Source: an uncultured Clostridia bacterium (GTDB lineage Bacteria; Bacillota; Clostridia; Lachnospirales; Lachnospiraceae). From it: a stretch of DNA of 34,435 nucleotides. The position numbers were made by a program, and so were the translations under genes. How positions within the stretch are numbered: position 1 is the stretch's first letter; each line of letters begins with the position of its first letter. The DNA lies in the NCBI GenBank assembly GCA_946186175.1, contig CAMHMG010000001.1:1-34435 (forward strand). The letters are read 5' to 3'. Under the pieces are notes generated by a model. The model made no database searches, was not told the DNA's origin, and saw only the letters and a program-made list of their open reading frames with translations. Of this stretch, positions 7,522 through 13,742 are shown in pieces.

Positions 7522-7551
7522 ATTTTGCAAGGATAGACTTTAATTTTGCAC
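7522..7551 (-). promoter_or_regulatory. Candidate LytTR-type operator: 9-bp direct repeats GTGCAAAAT / TTGCAAAAT separated by 12 bp, upstream of the kinase operon
   Basis: The minus strand reads GTGCAAAAT(7551-7543)-taaagtctatcc-TTGCAAAAT(7530-7522), an exact 21-bp period. TATGATAAT (7497-7489) lies 24 nt downstream, and the operon start (TTG 7420) about 70 nt beyond that. Confidence 0.45.
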
Positions 7552-7586
7552 GGTCATATCAATTTGTGTATAATCATCGGTCACTC

Positions 7587-8021
7587 TCACTTGAAATTCA
7601 CCGGAACATCATAAAGCTCACATTTAACCGCAATCCATGGGTAGCTGACCATTCCGTCGTCAAGGGTTGTCGTCTCCTTTGTTGTCAGATCCGTATCCAC
7701 AAATATTGCATTTTCAGTGAGATACAGTTCTGACATAACCACGTTAAGATCAATCCTGTCCTGTGCCCCATATCCCACTACTATGTACAGATAATCATTG
7801 GTGCGATAGGTGAACTTAAATGGTTCCTTTTTCTTTTTATTAATTAAATTTATCAATTCATGTGGCAGCCTGCTCTCATCACACACTGTGTAATCAAGGT
7901 CCTTTAACTTTTCCTCACTGGTTTTATCAAGTTTACAGCCCGTAAGTGCTGACAGCAGAAAAATCATATATATTGCCGCATAGATTATCAATCTTCTTTT
8001 TTTCTTACACAACAACTTCAT
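7587..8021 (-). CDS. Lipoprotein (possibly PrcB C-terminal-domain-like)
   Basis: The signal peptide has the lipobox LSALTGC. The remaining layout (DYTV...LP..L..LI...YIVVGYG...SYPWIAVK) resembles PrcB_C from memory only. Confidence 0.6.
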   Translation of the reverse strand: MKLLCKKKRRLIIYAAIYMIFLLSALTGCKLDKTSEEKLKDLDYTVCDESRLPHELINLINKKKKEPFKFTYRTNDYLYIVVGYGAQDRIDLNVVMSELYLTENAIFVDTDLTTKETTTLDDGMVSYPWIAVKCELYDVPVNFK

Positions 8022-8116
8022 ACAACATCACATCCGTTTTTCAAATTCAGATCACCTGTTGTACATTCTATTCGATAATATAATCTGATATGTCAAAACT
8101 GCCTGAACAATTACCA

Positions 8117-8188
8117 TCATTCTATTTTTGCGTAAGAACTCTTCTTCTGTTTTATATATATCATTATCAATAAGCATATTGTAATCAT
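8117..8188 (-). CDS. Unannotated 23-aa hydrophobic/basic peptide MITICLLIMIYIKQKKSSYAKIE
   Basis: TAAGGAGG lies 8 nt upstream of the ATG at 8188 and the stop TGA is at 8119-8117. It is below the track's size cut-off. It lies between the terminator of the sleB-like gene and the lipoprotein gene. Confidence 0.3.
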   Translation of the reverse strand: MITICLLIMIYIKQKKSSYAKIE

Positions 8189-8220
8189 TGTTATAGCCTC
8201 CTTAGCCTTAAATACAAAAT

Positions 8221-8246
8221 AGTCCGGTCATGTAAACAACCGGACT
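8221..8246 (-). terminator. Rho-independent terminator after the SleB-like gene (perfect 8-bp stem AGTCCGGT/ACCGGACT, U-rich on both sides)
   Basis: The minus strand reads AGTCCGGT-tgtttacatg-ACCGGACT-ATTTTGTATTT. The plus strand also has TTTTAC after the stem. Confidence 0.7.
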
Positions 8247-8262
8247 TTTACACACACATAAT

Positions 8263-8868
8263 TTATTTGAATTGATGATCTCCCAGACTATACTTTGCAT
8301 TAGGAATATATCTTGAGAAGTACAAATAATTCTTCATTTCCTTTTCTTTTCCACTCTTCTTAATAGTTGTTGAACCCTCAAGTGCTTCCTTAGCAGCCTT
8401 AAGACAGCTTGGCATCTCACCCTTGAACTTCCCGTCGCGCTTATACTTATCATATAATGACAGCGCCCTTCCAAAGCTTCCGTTTCTTACAGGTGAAAAC
8501 TGTCCCCTTTGATAAATTACACTTTTGATTGAATTCGGAAATTCCTTATCTCTCTTCCGGTTCATAACCACTATACCAACTGCCTTCTGCCCCGCATAGC
8601 TTTCTCCACGTGCCTCACAGTAAATGATACATGTCATATAACGAAGTTCTTTTGCGGTATAGCTTTTCTTTTTTTTTCTTTTCTTGTACTCCTTCTTTTT
8701 ATCCGAAGGTGTACTGCTTAATTTAATCAGATTTTCTTTGAGGTTAATCAAACAAGTATTTTGCTTTAATTCTTCTTTAGTAGCAGCTTTTGTTGTGATA
8801 TCCTGACTTAAGATTGCTGTCAGGCATAATGTAACCCACACCACAATTACTGTTACTATTCTTTTCAT
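8263..8868 (-). CDS. SleB/CwlJ-family cell wall hydrolase (Hydrolase_2) with signal peptide
   Basis: The core CEARGESYAGQKAVGIVVMNRKRDKEFPNSIKSVIYQRGQFSPV matches the EARGE...AV..VV.NR...FP....V....QF signature. An N-terminal hydrophobic leader is present. Confidence 0.85.
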   Translation of the reverse strand: MKRIVTVIVVWVTLCLTAILSQDITTKAATKEELKQNTCLINLKENLIKLSSTPSDKKKEYKKRKKKKSYTAKELRYMTCIIYCEARGESYAGQKAVGIVVMNRKRDKEFPNSIKSVIYQRGQFSPVRNGSFGRALSLYDKYKRDGKFKGEMPSCLKAAKEALEGSTTIKKSGKEKEMKNYLYFSRYIPNAKYSLGDHQFK

Positions 8869-8989
8869 TTTGATCTTCCGGAAAGTATTAACTGCAATTT
8901 TTGTAATAACTTTCCGACTCCTTTCTTTTTGTTACAATTGTGTTTAATATTTTGCATGCTTGAAATAGTTACTTAACACTTTTGTAACA

Positions 8990-9018
8990 TTTATAGCACA
9001 TTAATTCTTTTTTGTCAA
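8990..9018 (-). promoter_or_regulatory. Sigma-A-type promoter for the SleB-like gene
   Basis: The minus strand has TTGACA (9018-9013), a 17-nt spacer, then TATAAA (8995-8990). This predicts a leader of about 115 nt. Confidence 0.55.
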
Positions 9019-9314
9019 CCCTTTCTTTTCACTCCGCGCCTTAACCGCCCTCTTTAAATACCATATATTCGACATTTGTCGAACCATAAATACATTATGT
9101 TGTATAAGTAACATTTATGTAACATTTTGTCGATTTGCGGTATTTTATATCACTGATAAAATATAGAGTCATTTATTTATGCCCTTCGAGCCTGCTTCGT
9201 TAACTTTCACTGTTTACAGAACAGTCCTAATGTTCAGTTGCGCTCCCTGCAAAGCTTACTTCTCCAGGTGCATCATGTATACATGAAGAAACGTGAGCCG
9301 CTAGGCGCACTTGC

Positions 9315-9354
9315 AAAAACCCTGTGGCAATCTCTTTATAAGATTACCACAGGG
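9315..9354 (-). terminator. Rho-independent terminator after the AtpZ-like gene
   Basis: The minus strand reads CCCTGTGGTAATC-ttataaaga-GATTGCCACAGGG followed by TTTTTGC. The stem is 13 bp with one G-T pair. Confidence 0.8.
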
Positions 9355-9374
9355 TCTTATAACATCAATAATGA

Positions 9375-9605
9375 TCATTCCTGTTTATCTTTATCTTCTT
9401 CGTTTTGAAACAAACTCTTTTTCCCCAGATATTTGCAGATCACATTGTAGCATGTCTTATATCCTCCGGCCACTCCCAATATCAGAAAAAAAATAAATAG
9501 ATTGGTTCCAAAAAAGGAATCCACAAGATATCCAATAACTCCACTTATTAAGATAGCAGTCAGCATCGAAATCGCAAGCTGACTGATAAGCGTCAACATT
9601 TTCAT
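9375..9605 (-). CDS. AtpZ/AtpI-family small membrane protein (two TM helices)
   Basis: It is 76 aa with two hydrophobic helices around ...GYLVDSFFGTNLFIFFLILGVAGGY..., a pattern typical of the ATPase_gene1 family from memory. It follows tsaC-rpiB, as in the Bacillus ywl-atp region. Confidence 0.55.
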   Translation of the reverse strand: MKMLTLISQLAISMLTAILISGVIGYLVDSFFGTNLFIFFLILGVAGGYKTCYNVICKYLGKKSLFQNEEDKDKQE

Positions 9606-9687
9606 AATCTAATCCCCAAACCATTATTGATATTTCATAAACCTTAACTGACAGGCTTATTCATAGTTACAAATATCGCTTATCTTT

Positions 9688-10116
9688 TTATGCCTCTATC
9701 ATTTCGATACGACGTACATGTCTCTCGTCATTAGAGAACGGGGTATCCAAAAATGTATCAACAACCTTTAAAGCATGTCCGGGACCGATAACCCTTGCAC
9801 CCATAGCTAACATATTAGCATCGTTGTGCTCCCTTGTTGCCTGAGCTGAAAAGCAGTCATGACAGAGTGCTGCCCTGATTCCCTTAACCTTATTAGCTGT
9901 TATGGAAATACCTATTCCCGTTCCGCAAATAATAATTCCTCGTTCGCATTCTCCTGAAGCAACAGCCTCTGCTGCTTTTTTCCCATATATCGGATAATCG
10001 ACCGACTCTTCCGAGTAACACCCATAATCCTTATATTCAAAGCCTCTTTCTTCTAAATGCTTCTTTACTTCCTGCATCAGACCATATCCACCGTGGTCAC
10101 ATCCAAGTGCTATCAT
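9688..10116 (-). CDS. rpiB: Ribose-5-phosphate isomerase B (RpiB/LacAB family)
   Basis: Conserved blocks are present along the full length: GCDHGG, ICGTGIGISITANK, RAALCHD, REHNDANMLAMGARVIG. Confidence 0.95.
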   Translation of the reverse strand: MIALGCDHGGYGLMQEVKKHLEERGFEYKDYGCYSEESVDYPIYGKKAAEAVASGECERGIIICGTGIGISITANKVKGIRAALCHDCFSAQATREHNDANMLAMGARVIGPGHALKVVDTFLDTPFSNDERHVRRIEMIEA

Positions 10117-10256
10117 GTCAATTCCTCTCTTTCACTATGTATCTATTCATATCCTTTAACATATATGCAATTACGTTACTCTGTTTTTCTTTTTTGAGTT
10201 GTGCATATTTCAATGATTATCACGATAACCAAAATTTATTAATTCAAAATTATATT

Positions 10257-11411
10257 TTATACATATATAACTCTCTGTCCCGCTGCCTTAAGAAGTCTGT
10301 TCATTATTGCATACGAGAGACCATCTCCCCGGAAACTCTCCGCATATATATACTCTGCTTCCATATCGTCAAATTCCCTAAGCGCGGCATATAATCCCGC
10401 CGCCACCGTTGTCTGCTCATTTCTGTCACCGACACAAATCACAGTATCAGCATAACCTTCATATAATGCGACCGTCTCAGCAGGTGCCATAATACCAACC
10501 TTGTAGCCTGCATTTCGTTTCTGTCCTGCAAGCTCCCTGATCTTTGTTGCAACCGCAAGCGTAGCATTGGTCATGTTATTTGTATTTAATATTTTATCTA
10601 TTTCAGCGATATCTGATGTATCGCACTTATTCAAATCAGATAAATGTTCCTCTGCCTTTTCAACAAGTGTCAGCTCACCCTTCGGCGCATAGTGCGTATA
10701 TTTCATTCCTGGAGCCTTAGGTCTTATACCCTTCAAAGCACTCTCCAGCGGTTTTTCTAGTGCCGGATCAATTCTTACCTCACCGATCATGTCCTCTAAC
10801 ATTTTCCTGGTGATATATCCGGGTCGAAGTATTGTGGGCACCTCTCCCGAAAGGTCAATTATCGTAGATTCGATACCTATTCCGACCGGTCCGCCATCTA
10901 TGATATAGTCTATCCTTCCGTTCATATCCTCAATAACATGAGAAACCTTTGTGGGTGACGGTCTTCCCGAAATATTTGCCGAAGGCGCCGCCACATATAC
11001 ACCTGATTGTCTGATAAGTGATAACGCTGCCGGATGCGACGGCATACGGATTGCAACCGTATCAAGTCCTCCGGTCGTTTCCTTTGGAACAACATCCTTC
11101 TTGGGAATAATTATCGTAAGCGGTCCCGGCCAAAATGCATGAGCTAACGTGTATACCGTTTCATTGGTGTAAGCAAGTTTTTCGATTGCATCCATATCCG
11201 CAATATGAACGATCAGCGGATTGTCAGAAGGTCTTCCCTTAGCTGCATAAATCTTCTTCGATGCCTCAGGGTTAAGTCCGTCTGCACCAAGTCCATATAC
11301 TGTTTCCGTAGGAAATGCCACCAATCCACCCTCTTTCAGACATATTGCTGCATTTTTCAGTTTTTCATTAATCCCATCCGAATTATTAACATCAATTATC
11401 TTCGTATCCAT
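10257..11411 (-). CDS. tsaC: L-threonylcarbamoyladenylate synthase (TsaC/Sua5/YwlC) with C-terminal Sua5 domain
   Basis: It carries the YrdC-domain motifs VAFPTETVYGLGADGL, KGRPSDNPLIVHI, VAIRMPSHP and APSANISGRPSPT. The C-terminal domain is long, with an insertion of about 35 aa. Confidence 0.9.
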   Translation of the reverse strand: MDTKIIDVNNSDGINEKLKNAAICLKEGGLVAFPTETVYGLGADGLNPEASKKIYAAKGRPSDNPLIVHIADMDAIEKLAYTNETVYTLAHAFWPGPLTIIIPKKDVVPKETTGGLDTVAIRMPSHPAALSLIRQSGVYVAAPSANISGRPSPTKVSHVIEDMNGRIDYIIDGGPVGIGIESTIIDLSGEVPTILRPGYITRKMLEDMIGEVRIDPALEKPLESALKGIRPKAPGMKYTHYAPKGELTLVEKAEEHLSDLNKCDTSDIAEIDKILNTNNMTNATLAVATKIRELAGQKRNAGYKVGIMAPAETVALYEGYADTVICVGDRNEQTTVAAGLYAALREFDDMEAEYIYAESFRGDGLSYAIMNRLLKAAGQRVIYV

Positions 11412-11654
11412 TATATTTACCTATATATCATTCTTAGCAAACTGTTCTGACGTTTCCTCACACCAATCAGCTATTATTAGGTGTTTGCAAAACTCATAAA
11501 AGTGTGTATAAAAGTTGTATGTTTTGTTGCGCACATAGTATAACCCACAACCATAAAATATGCAACAATTCTTCTTTGTTTCATCTCGTCTCCTGTAATA
11601 AACGTCTGAATCTATGCATATAATTATAATGATATACATTCCGGTTTTCCATCT

Positions 11655-11795
11655 ATGAAAAAAAATATCATTTCTGCTTTTATATTAACTTTCCTTATTT
11701 TCGCTCCGGTCTTATCTGAAAAGCTTGCAGAGGAAGTGTCTTTGATAAAAATGAGATCCTTTGTCATAGTTATTGACGTAGGACATGGAGGGTAA
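11655..11795 (+). pseudogene. 5' fragment (46 codons) of an N-acetylmuramoyl-L-alanine amidase (Amidase_3, CwlD-like) gene, cut off directly after the GHGG motif
   Basis: The translation is MKKNIISAFILTFLIFAPVLSEKLAEEVSLIKMRSFVIVIDVGHGG*. This gives an N-terminal TM/signal segment, then the hallmark V(I/L)D.GHGG start of the Amidase_3 fold, then TAA at 11793-11795. The 3' end of a serine recombinase gene follows 30 nt later. No remainder of the amidase is found on the plus strand in this window. Confidence 0.65.
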
Positions 11796-11824
11796 TGTTA
11801 GTGCAAATTTTGGAATTGAAAGAT

Positions 11825-13438
11825 TTAAGATTGTTCATTACTATACACATTTGAAAACAGATTTTCGTATTCATTTGAAAAGTTATATTTAATCTTAAAT
11901 CGATTGTCTTCGTAAACAGTTATCTCATTAATCATCTCAACAATGATATCTCTGTCAAGCTTGGTTATCTCTTTAAGTTCCAACAACCTCTTAACCCACT
12001 CATTTTCAAAATAATCTGTAGAATTATCTGTTTTCTTTTCTTCAAGTACACTTATCTGCTTTGATAGCAACTCTTCTTTTAAGATGTAGTCCTTGCGATA
12101 GGAAAGAAATTCATCTTTGGTTATCAGATCGTCTTTATAATCCTCATAAATTGACTTCTTAAGGTTTGTTACACGTTCAAGTTCTTTATTAAGTCTGTTG
12201 ATTTCCGCCTCAATAATCTTTGTATTATCGGGCTTTTTCACGGTCTTTGCTTCTACGGATGCTTTTAACAGATCGACATTCTTGATCATAGTATTTAAAT
12301 CATTTAACACAACATCCTCTAATACTTCCATCGGTATTGAATGAGGCGTACAGTATTCTTTTCCGACTCGTTTATACGTACCACAAACCATCCTATATGC
12401 CATTGAGTTGTCCTTGCGACGCCACATATTCTTCATCATATGACGTCCGCAATCACCACACTTGACATATCCTGCAAAAATATTGACGTTATTTGTAAGC
12501 CCTATGTCACGTTTCTTATACTTTAATAAATGTTGCGCTCTTTCCCAAGTCTCCTTATCAATTATAGGCTCATGGGTATTCTCAACTACAATCCACTCAG
12601 TCTTATCCAGCATTTTTTGTTTGCCTCTCATGACCTGATGATGTCGATGTTGTACCATATTGCCAATATACATTTCTTTATTAAGAATTGCGTTGATTGT
12701 GGAGTATGTCCAATATGATGTACTTTTCAAACGGTGTGCATTCTTATAATTAAATCCGTTACTTGCCTTGTACTCAGACGGACATAAAATGCCTTCAGCA
12801 TTTAATATTTTCGCAATACGTTGTTTGCCAAAGCCTTGAACGAACAAGTCAAATATCTTTCTAACAACCGATGCTGCATATTCATCAATGATCAGTTTAT
12901 TCTTATTATCAGGCGCTTTCTTATAACCATAACAGGCAAAAGCACCGATGAATTCACCGGATGTCTGTTTTGCTTTGACAGTCGCTTGTATCTTATTGGA
13001 TATATCCTTGGCATATTGCTCATTGAAAAGGTTTTTGATCGGTAACAACATATCATAAGCCTGCTTCTTGCTATCAATCCCATCCACTATTGATATGAAG
13101 CGCACTCCCTTTTCCGGAAAGTAACGCTCAAGATATCTTCCGGTATCTATGTAATCACGTCCAAATCTCGAAAGATCTTTTACAATAACACAATCAATAT
13201 CACCGTTCTCGATAGCTTCTATCATTCTCTGAAATGCAGGACGATTGAAATTCGTTCCTGTATAACCATCATCAATGTAGAACTCAACCGACTTAATATC
13301 ATCATGACTTGATATATATTCATTTATGAGTTTTCTCTGATTGCCAACACTGTTACTTTCTTCCTTATCACCGTCCTCACAAGATAATCTGATGTATGCT
13401 GCCACGTTAAATAAGATGTTATATTCCATATAATTCAC
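11825..13438 (-). CDS. Large serine recombinase (resolvase catalytic domain + recombinase domain + zinc ribbon + coiled coil)
   Basis: The catalytic domain reads AAYIRLSCED...NQ...DDGYTGTNFNRPAFQRMI...VIVKDLSRFGRDY, and the Cys cluster is CGDCGRHM...CGTYKR...CTPH. The likely true start is the ATG at 13429 (MEYNILF), with AGGTGA 5 nt upstream; the track start is GTG. Confidence 0.92.
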   Translation of the reverse strand: MNYMEYNILFNVAAYIRLSCEDGDKEESNSVGNQRKLINEYISSHDDIKSVEFYIDDGYTGTNFNRPAFQRMIEAIENGDIDCVIVKDLSRFGRDYIDTGRYLERYFPEKGVRFISIVDGIDSKKQAYDMLLPIKNLFNEQYAKDISNKIQATVKAKQTSGEFIGAFACYGYKKAPDNKNKLIIDEYAASVVRKIFDLFVQGFGKQRIAKILNAEGILCPSEYKASNGFNYKNAHRLKSTSYWTYSTINAILNKEMYIGNMVQHRHHQVMRGKQKMLDKTEWIVVENTHEPIIDKETWERAQHLLKYKKRDIGLTNNVNIFAGYVKCGDCGRHMMKNMWRRKDNSMAYRMVCGTYKRVGKEYCTPHSIPMEVLEDVVLNDLNTMIKNVDLLKASVEAKTVKKPDNTKIIEAEINRLNKELERVTNLKKSIYEDYKDDLITKDEFLSYRKDYILKEELLSKQISVLEEKKTDNSTDYFENEWVKRLLELKEITKLDRDIIVEMINEITVYEDNRFKIKYNFSNEYENLFSNVYSNEQS

Positions 13439-13501
13439 CTATTCAACTGCTGTCCCTACATTAAATGTTATAACATAAATGATAACTTTTCTCAATGTAT
13501 T

Positions 13502-13624
13502 TCAAGCAGTCTCCTCTCTCTTATAATCATTGTTATGGCGTTCTATTATTCTGATTATCAACTCTTCAACTGTTACCTTTCCGAGAAATTCGCGCTCTAT
13601 AATATATGTGTTTCCGTTCCCCAT
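13502..13624 (-). CDS. Small 40-aa protein upstream of, and co-oriented with, the recombinase (TnpW-like; candidate directionality/accessory factor)
   Basis: GGAGGG lies 7 nt before the ATG at 13624. The sequence is MGNGNTYIIEREFLGKVTVEELIIRIIERHNNDYKREETA. From memory the TY.I...F....T.EELI.RII pattern resembles transposon-encoded TnpW-family proteins. It is below the track's size cut-off. Confidence 0.4.
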   Translation of the reverse strand: MGNGNTYIIEREFLGKVTVEELIIRIIERHNNDYKREETA

Positions 13625-13742
13625 TACTGTTCCCTCCATCTATCTTCATTTTCGCATTTTCCTGTGTTATAATTCGATTAACTGATATTGCATCTATATG
13701 CTGATTTTAAGTAATAAATGACGAAAACACATTGAGAGCAAA

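Noticed and set aside
9181-9310. The GC-rich island as a known riboswitch, or as 6S, SRP, RNase P or tmRNA
   Set aside because: I compared it by eye with remembered core motifs of c-di-GMP-I, ydaO/c-di-AMP, cobalamin, TPP, SRP domain IV (GGAA tetraloop/AGCA), the RNase P GAGGAAAGUCC box and tmRNA ends. None fits. It is also upstream of, not within, the SleB-like gene leader. It is kept only as an unassigned candidate.
11421-11639. 72-aa Cys/Tyr-rich ORF upstream of tsaC
   Set aside because: It lies in an AT-rich promoter region shared by tsaC and the amidase fragment. It has no RBS and an implausible composition (IIIIICID..., many Y/C/F).
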